This document shows positions 18,191 to 26,938 of a stretch of 64,000 nt of DNA, one piece after another (the first letter of the stretch is position 1; every line of letters starts with the position of its first letter). A program made the position numbers and the translations under genes. The DNA comes from Anaerolineales bacterium (GTDB taxonomy: Bacteria; Chloroflexota; Anaerolineae; Anaerolineales; UBA6663): positions 26,971 to 90,970 of the forward strand of contig DAOUAB010000059.1 in assembly GCA_034434015.1 (NCBI GenBank). Reading direction: 5' to 3'. The notes beneath the pieces were generated by a model. It made no database searches. It had not been told where the DNA came from and saw only the letters and a list, made by a program, of their open reading frames with translations.

Positions 18191-21100
18191 ATGTCCGCCT
18201 CCTCGACTGGCTCTCTCCTGAAGGTGCTGGCGCGGCTTATCGCCGTGCGCCTCGTGCTGCCGTTTTTCGGGCTCCTGCTGGCCTTGAGCGCGTTGACCCT
18301 GTACGTGCGCGGCCAGTCGATCGCGGCCGAGCGCGGCGCCGCCGCGCGCGAGGTGGCCGCCGCCGCCGCGCGCCATGTGGCGTTTGCGCGCGAGTGGCTG
18401 CAGATCGCGGCCGACGGCGGCGGCGACTATGTCGAGCGGTACTTCGACGCCGGCCGGCGCAGCCTGCCTTACTTCGACGTCGTCCATCAGGTGGATGCGG
18501 CCGGCCGCCTGGTGCGGTCCAGCCCGCCCGACCCGCGCTTCCCGGCCAGCTTTGATCTGTCCAACGAGCCCTTCGTCCGCGACGCCGGCCCGGAGCCGAT
18601 CTTGTTCGCGCCGTTCATCTCGCCGCGCACCGGCCGCCCGACGGCTTATCTGGCGCTGCGCCAGGCCGATGGCTCGGTGCTGGCCGGCGAACTGAACCTG
18701 GAATGGCTGCAGAGCCAGGTGCAGGCGAGCGCCGCGCCTGGGACCGCGGCTTTCGTGGTGGATCGGACCGGCCGATTGCTGGCCCACCCGCGCTTTGACC
18801 TGGTACAGCAGCAGCAGAATGTCGGCGACCTGGCCGTCGTGCGGGCCGGCCGCCTGGGGCCGGCGACGCGCCTGTACTTCTCCGGGCCGCGCCTCGTGCA
18901 GGGCAGCGTGGTCCCGGTGCCGGGCACGGACTGGGTGGCGGTCAGCGAGATTGACGTGTGGACCGCCTACGGCGGCTCCCTGGCCGGCCTGAGCGCGATC
19001 CTGGCGCTGGCGCTGGCCCTCTGGCTGGGGCTTCTGCGCGGCCTGCGGCTGCATCTGCGTCAGGAGGTGGCGGCGCCTCTCGAACGCCTCAACCAGGGCG
19101 CTCGCGCCCTGGCCGCCGGCAGTCTCACCGGGCCGGCTTTCCGTCAGTCCACGCGCTATGCCTTTGAGGAGGTCCAGGAACTGGCCGAGAGCTTCACGCG
19201 CATGGACGCCGCCATCCAGGCCCGCCAGGCGTCGCTGGAGGAGCGCGAGGCGCAATACCGGGCCTTGTTTGAGGGCGCGCCGGAGGCCATCCTCGTCTGC
19301 GAGGCCGAGACGGGCCGGATCGTGGACGCCAATCCCAACGCCGAGCGGCTTTTCGGCCTGCCGCGCGCCGCGCTGTTGGAAACCACGCTCGAGCAGTTGA
19401 GCCCGGAACGCCAGCCGGATGGCCGGCGTTCGGCGGACGCCGGCGCCGCTTACCAGGCGCAGGTGCTGGCCGGCGGGACGCCGCGCTTCGAGTGGCAGCA
19501 CCGCGGCGCCGACGGCCGCGCGCTGGTGTGCGAGGTGTCTCTGGCGCGCCTTCCGGCCGCCGATCGGGCGCTGATCCGCGTCAGCCTGATTGACATCGCC
19601 GAGCGCAAGCGGGCCCAGGCTGCCCTGGCCGAATCGGAGCAGCGCCTGGCCGCGATCTTCCGTGAGATGTCGTCGGCCATCGTGGTCTCCGCGCTGGACG
19701 ACGACTGCATCCTGGAAGTGAACGACGCCTTTGTGCGGCTCTCCGGCCATCCCCGCGAGGCCGCCCTCGGGCGCACCACGGTGGAACTGGGCCTGATCTC
19801 GGCCAAGGACCGCGAGCGCCTCATCGCCGAACTGCGCGAACACGGCGCCGCGCGCGGCGCCGAATGGACGTTGCGCAATCGCTCGGGCCAGGTCATCACC
19901 GGCCTGGCCTCCGCCTCGGCCATCACGATCAACGGCCGGCCGTGCCTCCTGACCCTGCTGACCGACATCACCGACCTGCGCCGGGCGGAGGCGCAATTGC
20001 GTCAGCTGTCGCGGGCGGTGGAACAGAACCCGGCCTCGATCATCATCACCGACCCGTCCGGCGCTATCGAGTACGTCAACCCCCGTTTCGAGGTGGTCAC
20101 CGGTTACACGCTGGCGGAGGTGCGCGGTCAGAATCCGCGCCTGTTGCGCTCCGGCGAAACGCCGCCCGAGGTCTACCAGCAGCTCTGGGAGACCATCGCG
20201 GCCGGCCGTGAATGGCGTGGGGAGTTTCACAATCGCAAGAAAAGCGGCGAGCTGTTCTGGGAGTCGGCCTCGATCTCGGCCATCACCGACGCCGCCGGCC
20301 GGATCACGCACTACGTCGCCGTCAAGGAGGACATCACCGAGCGCAAGCAGCGCGAGCGCGAGATGGAGACCCTGGTGCGCTTCAGCGCCAGCCTGCGGGC
20401 GGCGGCCTCGCGGGCGGAGATGCTGGCCATCATCCTGGACGAGGTGCTCGACCTGCTGGACGTCGAAGCGGCCGTGTTGATCATGCCGGACCCGCGCGGC
20501 GACCAGTTGGAGGTGGTGTCGGCGCGCGGCGCCTGGTCCGACTACGCCGGCCAGCGCCTGCCGCTGGCGGGCAGCCTGTCCGAGCGCCTGATGCACGAAG
20601 GGCTGGTGTACTGGAGCGATCGGCCGTTCACGGACCTGACGCCGGAGCAGGCCGACCGCTTCGGGACGATGCGGATCACGGCCGGCGCACCGCTGACGGT
20701 GCAGGCCCAGCTGGCCGGGGCTTTGTGGGTCGGCCGACGGGAACGCGGCCTGACGGCCAGCGAGGTGCGCCTGCTCGCCACCATCGCCGAGACCGCGGCC
20801 AACGCCCTGATGCGGGCCGACCTGCACGAGCAGACCGCGCGCCGCGCCGAACGCCTGGCCGTCCTGCACCTGATCGACACCGCCATCAACGAGAGCCAAG
20901 ACTTGCAGGCGACGTTGAGGGTGTTCCTGGGACACCTGGTGACTCAACTGGCCGTGGACGCCGCCGCCGTGTTGTTGTTCGACCCGGCCCGCCAGGTGCT
21001 GAACTACGCCGCCGGCTGGGGTTTCCGGACCACGGCGATCGAGGAGACCCTCCTGCGCCTGAACGAGACGGCGGCCGGCCGCGCGGCCATGCAGCGGCAA

Positions 21101-21934
21101 CCGGTCCGGGTGACGGACCTCTCGGCGGACGACGATTCGGACCGGCTGGCCCTACTGGGCAGCGAGGCGTTCCGCGCCTACTTCGCCCTGCCGCTGGTGA
21201 CCAAGGGCACGCTGAAGGGCGTGCTGGAAGTCTTCCACCGCCAGCCGCTGGACCCGGACCGCGACTGGCTCGATTTCCTGGAGGCCCTGGGAGCGCAGGC
21301 GGCCCTGGCGATCGACAACGCCCGCCTGTTCGAGGACTTGCAGCGCTCCAACCAGCAGCTGGCCGCGGCCTACGACGCCACCATCGAGGGCTGGTCGCGC
21401 GCCCTGGACCTGCGCGACCGGGAGACCGAGGGTCACACCCAGCGCGTGACGGCGATGACGCTGCGTTTGGCGCGCGCCCTGGGCGTGCCGGAGGCCGACT
21501 TGGAGCATATCCGGCGCGGCGCGCTGCTGCACGACATCGGCAAGATGGGCGTGCCGGACCGCATCCTGCTCAAACCCGGTCCGCTGACGGACGACGAATG
21601 GGTGATTATGCGCCAGCACCCCCTGCTGGCGGTGGATATGCTCGGCCCGGTCGAATATCTTCGCCCGGCGCTGGAGATCCCGTATTGCCATCACGAGCGC
21701 TGGGACGGCGCCGGTTACCCCAGCGGGCTGCGCGGAGAAGCCATCCCCAGGGCGGCGCGCATCTTCGCCGTGGTCGATGTCTGGGACGCGCTGCGGTCGG
21801 ACCGCCCCTACCGGCCGCGCTGGAGCCGGGCCGAGGCGCGCGAGCACATCGCGCGCGGCGCCGGGTCGCATTTCGATCCGGAGGTCGCCCGGGTCTTTTT
21901 GGAGCTGGAGGCCGACGGGGCGTTCGAATTCTAA
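18191..21934 (+). CDS. Membrane Cache-HAMP-PAS(x3)-GAF(x2)-HD-GYP c-di-GMP phosphodiesterase
   Basis: TM-periplasmic-TM, HAMP (EEVQELAESF), PAS repeats, GAFs, ETEGHTQRV, LLHDIGK, HHERWDGAGYP. Confidence 0.9.
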   Translation: MSASSTGSLLKVLARLIAVRLVLPFFGLLLALSALTLYVRGQSIAAERGAAAREVAAAAARHVAFAREWLQIAADGGGDYVERYFDAGRRSLPYFDVVHQVDAAGRLVRSSPPDPRFPASFDLSNEPFVRDAGPEPILFAPFISPRTGRPTAYLALRQADGSVLAGELNLEWLQSQVQASAAPGTAAFVVDRTGRLLAHPRFDLVQQQQNVGDLAVVRAGRLGPATRLYFSGPRLVQGSVVPVPGTDWVAVSEIDVWTAYGGSLAGLSAILALALALWLGLLRGLRLHLRQEVAAPLERLNQGARALAAGSLTGPAFRQSTRYAFEEVQELAESFTRMDAAIQARQASLEEREAQYRALFEGAPEAILVCEAETGRIVDANPNAERLFGLPRAALLETTLEQLSPERQPDGRRSADAGAAYQAQVLAGGTPRFEWQHRGADGRALVCEVSLARLPAADRALIRVSLIDIAERKRAQAALAESEQRLAAIFREMSSAIVVSALDDDCILEVNDAFVRLSGHPREAALGRTTVELGLISAKDRERLIAELREHGAARGAEWTLRNRSGQVITGLASASAITINGRPCLLTLLTDITDLRRAEAQLRQLSRAVEQNPASIIITDPSGAIEYVNPRFEVVTGYTLAEVRGQNPRLLRSGETPPEVYQQLWETIAAGREWRGEFHNRKKSGELFWESASISAITDAAGRITHYVAVKEDITERKQREREMETLVRFSASLRAAASRAEMLAIILDEVLDLLDVEAAVLIMPDPRGDQLEVVSARGAWSDYAGQRLPLAGSLSERLMHEGLVYWSDRPFTDLTPEQADRFGTMRITAGAPLTVQAQLAGALWVGRRERGLTASEVRLLATIAETAANALMRADLHEQTARRAERLAVLHLIDTAINESQDLQATLRVFLGHLVTQLAVDAAAVLLFDPARQVLNYAAGWGFRTTAIEETLLRLNETAAGRAAMQRQPVRVTDLSADDDSDRLALLGSEAFRAYFALPLVTKGTLKGVLEVFHRQPLDPDRDWLDFLEALGAQAALAIDNARLFEDLQRSNQQLAAAYDATIEGWSRALDLRDRETEGHTQRVTAMTLRLARALGVPEADLEHIRRGALLHDIGKMGVPDRILLKPGPLTDDEWVIMRQHPLLAVDMLGPVEYLRPALEIPYCHHERWDGAGYPSGLRGEAIPRAARIFAVVDVWDALRSDRPYRPRWSRAEAREHIARGAGSHFDPEVARVFLELEADGAFEF

Positions 21935-21938
21935 CATT

Positions 21939-21975
21939 ATATTCCTTGACAAGAATATTCCTTTTGGGGTATATT
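21939..21975 (+). promoter_or_regulatory. Sigma70 promoter overlapped by tandem operators; leaderless arsR transcript likely
   Basis: TTGACA 21946-51, 18 nt, TATATT 21970-75, ATG 5 nt later; ATATTCC-N5-x4-ATAT twice, 16 bp apart. Confidence 0.7.
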
Positions 21976-21980
21976 AGGGT

Positions 21981-22316
21981 ATGCTTCCCATGTTGACGGC
22001 GTTGGCCGAGCCGAATCGCCTGCGGATCATCGAACTCCTGCGCGAGGGCCCTCGCCCGGTGGGGGAGATTGCCGCGCGGCTCCAGCTCCGCCAGCCACAG
22101 GTCTCCAAGCATCTCCGCGTGCTGAGTGACGCCGGGTTGGTCGAGGTGCACCCGTCCGCCCAACAGCGTATCTACCGGTTGCGGACCGAGCCGTTCCAGG
22201 CGCTCGATGCCTGGCTGGAGTCCTACCGCCAGCTCAAGGAAGCCAGCTACGACCGGCTGGAAGAGCATCTACAGGCGCTACAAGCTAAGGAGAAAGAACA
22301 TGGCCGCACCGACTGA
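21981..22316 (+). CDS. ArsR/SmtB-family transcriptional regulator
   Basis: ALAEPNRLRIIELL, VSKHLRVL..AGLV, QQRIYRL. Confidence 0.92.
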   Translation: MLPMLTALAEPNRLRIIELLREGPRPVGEIAARLQLRQPQVSKHLRVLSDAGLVEVHPSAQQRIYRLRTEPFQALDAWLESYRQLKEASYDRLEEHLQALQAKEKEHGRTD

Positions 22317-22791
22317 ATCCGCTTACCGGATCACACTGCCCTCCGACCGGGAGCTCGTCATGACGCGCGTCTTCAAGGCGCCGCGCGAACTGGTGTTCCG
22401 CGCTCACCTGGACCCCGCGCTGATCCCGCAATGGTGGGGGCCGCGGGGCAGCACGGCCAGCGTGGAAAAGCTGGACGCCCGCCCCGGCGGCCCATGGCGC
22501 TTCGTCGTGCGCCGGGACGACGGCACCGGCGAAGTCGCTTTCTTCGGCGAGTTCCGGGAGATCGTGCCGCCCGAACGCTTTACCTGGACGTTCGGGTTTG
22601 ACGGCCTGCACGGCCCGCCCGGCCTGGAAACCTATGTGTTTGAAGAGCGCGACGGCCAGACCACGCTGACATCCACCGCTTACTTCGGTTCGGCGGAGGA
22701 GCGCGACGCGTTGCTGGCCTCGGGCATGGAGGCCGGGGCCAACGAGTCCGCGGACCGCCTCGACGAGCTGCTGGCCCGCCTGCAGGCCTGA
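22300..22791 (+). CDS. SRPBCC/AHSA1 (START-like) domain protein
   Basis: RELVMTRVFKAPRELVF..WWGP..DARPGG-WRF..GEFREIVPPER..GMEAG. Confidence 0.9.
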   Translation: MAAPTESAYRITLPSDRELVMTRVFKAPRELVFRAHLDPALIPQWWGPRGSTASVEKLDARPGGPWRFVVRRDDGTGEVAFFGEFREIVPPERFTWTFGFDGLHGPPGLETYVFEERDGQTTLTSTAYFGSAEERDALLASGMEAGANESADRLDELLARLQA

Positions 22792-22811
22792 ACAGCCGCC
22801 GGCCCAACAAA

Positions 22812-22851
22812 CCGCAAGCCCCGGGCGCTCCGTCGGGGGCTTGCGGCGTTT
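22812..22851 (+). terminator. Probable terminator after arsR-SRPBCC
   Basis: ccgcaagcccc / ggggcttgcgg stem then gttt. Confidence 0.55.
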
Positions 22852-23060
22852 GGCCCCCGTCGGCCCGCGACAGGTCGCGGCAGACCGGCTATACGAGGCC
22901 GTATCCCGATGCCTGTGTCAAAGCGTTGGCTGGTGGGGAAGTACACAAAATTCGAAAAACGACCCTATACTGACTTGGGGATAAGCCCCTGGTCGCTGGC
23001 GTTGCCTGGCCCTGAGCGAGGCCGGAGGCGCGCGGCGGGCGGCGGAACAGGAGGGTCGCG

Positions 23061-24851
23061 ATGCAGGCAGCAGACCGGACGGCCGAAGAACGCTCCGCCC
23101 TGTGGATCGCGGCCGTGTACGCGGGCGTGGCGGCGGCCTGGATCTTCTTCTCGGACCGGCTGCTGGAAGTCGTCTTCGGCCCGATCGCCCAGGAGTGGCA
23201 GACGCCCAAGGGCCTGCTCTTCGTCCTGGTGACGGCGGGCCTTCTGTACACGCTCATGCGGCGTGAGTTCGCCGAGCTCAACCGGGCGCAGGCCGCGGTG
23301 CGCGAGAGCGAGGCCCGCTACCGGACCCTGTTCGAGCACAGCTCCGACGCCATCTTCATCGCCGACGCGCACGGCCGCTATGTGGACGTTAACGCGCGCG
23401 GCTGCGCGCTGCTCGGCTACACGCGGGACGAGCTGCTGCGACTCCGTACGACTCATCTGATCCCGCCGGAGGACCTGGCGGCGCCACCTTTCCAGACGGA
23501 CGATCTGCGCTCCGGGCGCGCGGTGCTGGTGGAGCGGCGGCTCCAGCGCAAAGACGGCGCGCCGGTGCCGGTGGAGATCAGCGCCCGCCAGCTGCCGGAT
23601 GGCCGGCTGCAGGCGTTCGTGCGCGATATCAGCGAGCGCCGGCAGGCGGCAGAGCGGCTGCGCCAGCAGTTCGAGATGCTGACGGCGTTGTACGCCGTCG
23701 CCCGCCGTCTGTCGCTCTCGCTCGAACTGGACGAGGTGGCCGTCGCCGTCGCCCGCGAATGTGTGGAGGCTTTCGGCGCGCGGCTGGCCTGGTTGGGGGA
23801 GGCCCGGCCGGACGGTGAGGTGGCGCCCCTGGCTCACTGGCCGCCCGAGCACCCTTATCCGCGCCAGATCCATGTGCGCTGGGACGCCGGGCCGGAAAGC
23901 GCCGGCCCCACCGGGCGCGCCATCCGGGAGGGCCGGCCCGTCGTGGCCGCGGATGTCGCCGCCGACGGCGACCTGGCGCCCTGGCAGGCGCCGCTGGCCG
24001 CCGCCGGGCTGTGCGCCAGCGCCGCCTTCCCGCTCATCAGCCGGGATCAGGCGCTGGGCGCATTCAACGTCTACAGCGACCAGCCGGGTTTCTTCACGCC
24101 CGAGCGCGTCGAACTCTTCCAGGCCTTCGCTCACCAGGCCGGGGCGGCGCTGGCCAACGCCCGCCTGTTTCGGTCGGTCACCGAGCAGCGTGAGCAGTTG
24201 CGCGGCCTGGCCGCGCGCCTGGCCGAGGTGGACGAAGCCGAGCGCCGGCGCGTCGCGCACGAACTGCACGACAGCGTCGGCGCCAACCTGACCGCGCTCA
24301 ACCTCAACCTGACTCTGATCCGCAGCCAGCTTGCGTCGCAGGCCGAGGCCGCCGTCGGCGCCCGCCTGGACGACACGGCCGCGCTGCTGCAGGAGACCAT
24401 GGCCCAGGTGCGCGGCGTCATGATGGATCTCCGGCCGTCGGTGCTGGACGATTACGGCCTGCTGGCCGCGCTGCGCTGGCACACGGAGCAGGTGGCGCGG
24501 CGCAGCGGCCTGCGCCTGGTCGTGACCGGCGATGAGCCGGACCCGCGCCTGCCGCCCGCGGCCGAGACGGCCCTGTTCCGCATCGCGCAGGAGGCGCTCA
24601 CGAACGTTGTCAAGCACGCTCAGGCCGCGTGCGTCCGGTTGCAGGTAGAGACGGACGGGGCCGCGGTGCGCCTGACCATCGCCGACGATGGCCGCGGGTT
24701 TGAGCCGTCCGCCGCCCCGGACTCGCGCGGCGGCGCCCATGGCTGGGGGCTGAGCCTGATGCGCGAACGGGCGCTGGCGGTGGGCGCGGAACTGCGCCTG
24801 GAATCGGCGCCGGGGCAGGGGACCCGGGTGATCGTCGAGGCGCCGCGATGA
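23061..24851 (+). CDS. Sensor histidine kinase (2 TM, PAS, GAF, HisKA_3)
   Basis: YRTLFEHSSDAIF, ERRRVAHELHDSVGANL, QEALTNVVKHA, DDGRGF. Confidence 0.92.
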   Translation: MQAADRTAEERSALWIAAVYAGVAAAWIFFSDRLLEVVFGPIAQEWQTPKGLLFVLVTAGLLYTLMRREFAELNRAQAAVRESEARYRTLFEHSSDAIFIADAHGRYVDVNARGCALLGYTRDELLRLRTTHLIPPEDLAAPPFQTDDLRSGRAVLVERRLQRKDGAPVPVEISARQLPDGRLQAFVRDISERRQAAERLRQQFEMLTALYAVARRLSLSLELDEVAVAVARECVEAFGARLAWLGEARPDGEVAPLAHWPPEHPYPRQIHVRWDAGPESAGPTGRAIREGRPVVAADVAADGDLAPWQAPLAAAGLCASAAFPLISRDQALGAFNVYSDQPGFFTPERVELFQAFAHQAGAALANARLFRSVTEQREQLRGLAARLAEVDEAERRRVAHELHDSVGANLTALNLNLTLIRSQLASQAEAAVGARLDDTAALLQETMAQVRGVMMDLRPSVLDDYGLLAALRWHTEQVARRSGLRLVVTGDEPDPRLPPAAETALFRIAQEALTNVVKHAQAACVRLQVETDGAAVRLTIADDGRGFEPSAAPDSRGGAHGWGLSLMRERALAVGAELRLESAPGQGTRVIVEAPR

Positions 24852-25492
24852 CCATCCGCATCCTCCTGGCCGACGATCACGCCGTCATGCGCGACGGGCT
24901 GCGCGCGCTCCTCGAGGCGGCGCCCGGTCTGCGCGTGGTCGGCGACGCCGCCGACGGGCGCGCGGCCGTCCAACAGGCCATCCATCTGCGCCCGGACGTG
25001 GCCCTGCTGGACATCGCCATGCCGGGCCTCAACGGCATCGACGCCGCGCGCCAGATCCGGGAGGCCTGCCCGGACACGCAGGTGATCATCCTGTCCATGC
25101 ACAGCGCCACCGAATACATCTTCCGGGCGCTGCAGGCCGGGGCGCGCGGCTATCTGCTGAAGGACTCGGCCGGCGCGGCCGTGGTGGAGGCGGTGCGGAC
25201 CGTCCACGGCGGCCGGCGTTACCTCAGTCCGGCCCTGTCCGAAGCCGTCCTCGACGACTACGTGCGCCAGCACGCCGCTCAGGACCCGCTGGCGGCCCTC
25301 AGCCCGCGCGAACGCGAGATCCTCCAGTTGATCGTCGAGGGCCATTCCAATGCGGAAGTCGGCCGGCGTCTGTCTCTCTCGGTGAAGACCGTGGAGACCT
25401 ATCGCAGCCGCCTCATGGAGAAGCTCGGCATTGACAATCTCCCCGGCCTGGTCAAGTTTGCCCTTCAGCACGGCTTGATCACCCTGGACTAG
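24848..25492 (+). CDS. NarL/LuxR-family response regulator
   Basis: LADDHAVMRDG, LLDIAMPGLNG, LSPREREIL..SVKTVETYRSRLMEKL; ATGA overlap with the kinase. Confidence 0.95.
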   Translation: MTIRILLADDHAVMRDGLRALLEAAPGLRVVGDAADGRAAVQQAIHLRPDVALLDIAMPGLNGIDAARQIREACPDTQVIILSMHSATEYIFRALQAGARGYLLKDSAGAAVVEAVRTVHGGRRYLSPALSEAVLDDYVRQHAAQDPLAALSPREREILQLIVEGHSNAEVGRRLSLSVKTVETYRSRLMEKLGIDNLPGLVKFALQHGLITLD

Positions 25493-25652
25493 GCGGTTTC
25501 CCTGACGCCCTCCTGGTCCACGCCCCTTAAGCCTGCGGGTTTCCCCTGACAAAAGCATCAAACTTCCCCGACAGACGCGGGCGGCCCGCTGGTATAGAGT
25601 CAGGCGATATCGGCGGCCGCTTCCCTCTTCTCCGGCCCCCAAGGATGATGAC

Positions 25653-26075
25653 ATGCTCCTGACCCCCTCCAGTAACCCGGCCCGCGCGCCACGCGAAGGC
25701 GACCTCACCATCTTGATTGTCGAGGACCACGTCCGCACGCGTGAGGTGGTGCGCGACTGGCTGGGTTTCGTCTTTCCGCAGGCCCGCTTTGTCGAGGTCG
25801 GCACGGGTGAGGAGGCCCTGGCGGCGGTGGCGAAACAGCCGCCGCAGCTCGTCCTCATGGACGTCGAGATGCCCGGCATGAAAGGCATCGAGGCGACGCG
25901 TCGTATCAAGCTTCTGGCCCCGGGAACGCAGGTGGTGATCCTGTCAATCTACCAGGCGCCGGAGTATCAGAGCGCCGCCATCGCCGCCGGGGCCAGCGCC
26001 TACCTCCCGAAGGCGTCGATGCACACCGAGCTGATCCCGCTCTTGCGCACCCTCCTCGGCCGGCCGGCGGCCTGA
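25653..26075 (+). CDS. Stand-alone receiver (REC) domain protein
   Basis: IVEDH, LVLMDVEMPGMKG, ASAYLPK; no output domain. Confidence 0.85.
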   Translation: MLLTPSSNPARAPREGDLTILIVEDHVRTREVVRDWLGFVFPQARFVEVGTGEEALAAVAKQPPQLVLMDVEMPGMKGIEATRRIKLLAPGTQVVILSIYQAPEYQSAAIAAGASAYLPKASMHTELIPLLRTLLGRPAA

Positions 26076-26131
26076 ACGGCCGCCGAGACGCCCGGGATCA
26101 GCCGGCGGCTCACGCCGCCAGCCGGTCGGCG

Positions 26132-26869
26132 CTACAGTTCCAGCCCGGCCATCACGTCCACGATCGGCTGGACGGAGTGGGCGGCGTCATTCTTCAGCTC
26201 CTTGACGAGCCGCCCGTCCTTGATGAACACCACCCGGTCGGCGAAGGACGCCGCCCGCGGGTCGTGCGTCACCATCACGATGGTCGCTTTCAACTCGTCG
26301 CACGTCTTGCGCAGCAGCGCCAGGATGGCCGCGCCGGATTTCGAATCCAGGTTGCCCGTCGGCTCATCGGCCAGCACGATCTCCGGGTCGTTGACGAACG
26401 CGCGCGCGATGGCCACCCGCTGCTGCTGGCCGCCGGAGAGCTGGTCCGGCCGATGGTCCTTGCGGTCGGCCAGCCCCACCAGCGCCAGCAGCCGCGTGAT
26501 CTTGTCGCGGTGCTTCTCGAGGTTTTGTCCGTCGATGAGCAGCGGCAGGCCGACGTTCTCCTCGGCCGTCAGAGTGGGCAGCAGGTTGTAGAACTGGAAG
26601 ATGAAGCCCAGCTTGCGCCGGCGCACGAGCGTGATCTCGTCGTCGCTCAGGCGGGCCAGCGGCTGGCCGGCCAGGGTGATCTCGCCGTCGCTGGGGCCGT
26701 CCAGGCCGCCGAGCAGGTGCAGGAGCGTGGACTTGCCCGAGCCGGACGGGCCCATGACGGCCACGAACTCGCCTTTCTCCACGGTCAGGCTGACGCCGGC
26801 CAGGGCGTCCACGGTCACTGCGCCCATCTGGTACTGCTTCTTCACCTGGTGAGTTTCGAGAACGGCCAT
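26132..26869 (-). CDS. MacB/LolD-type ABC ATP-binding protein
   Basis: [46 protein letters not shown]; AGGAG RBS in the gap after the giant gene. Confidence 0.95.
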   Translation of the reverse strand: MAVLETHQVKKQYQMGAVTVDALAGVSLTVEKGEFVAVMGPSGSGKSTLLHLLGGLDGPSDGEITLAGQPLARLSDDEITLVRRRKLGFIFQFYNLLPTLTAEENVGLPLLIDGQNLEKHRDKITRLLALVGLADRKDHRPDQLSGGQQQRVAIARAFVNDPEIVLADEPTGNLDSKSGAAILALLRKTCDELKATIVMVTHDPRAASFADRVVFIKDGRLVKELKNDAAHSVQPIVDVMAGLEL

Positions 26870-26938
26870 CGCTGAGTCTCCTCTTCTTCTTGCAGGGCGC
26901 CGGCTTCCGGCGCGCGATCTCGCGGCTGGAAGGCGCTC

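Noticed and set aside
17636-21100. 1154-aa minus-strand ORF
   Set aside because: Antisense shadow of the HD-GYP gene; no motifs; expected in high-GC DNA.
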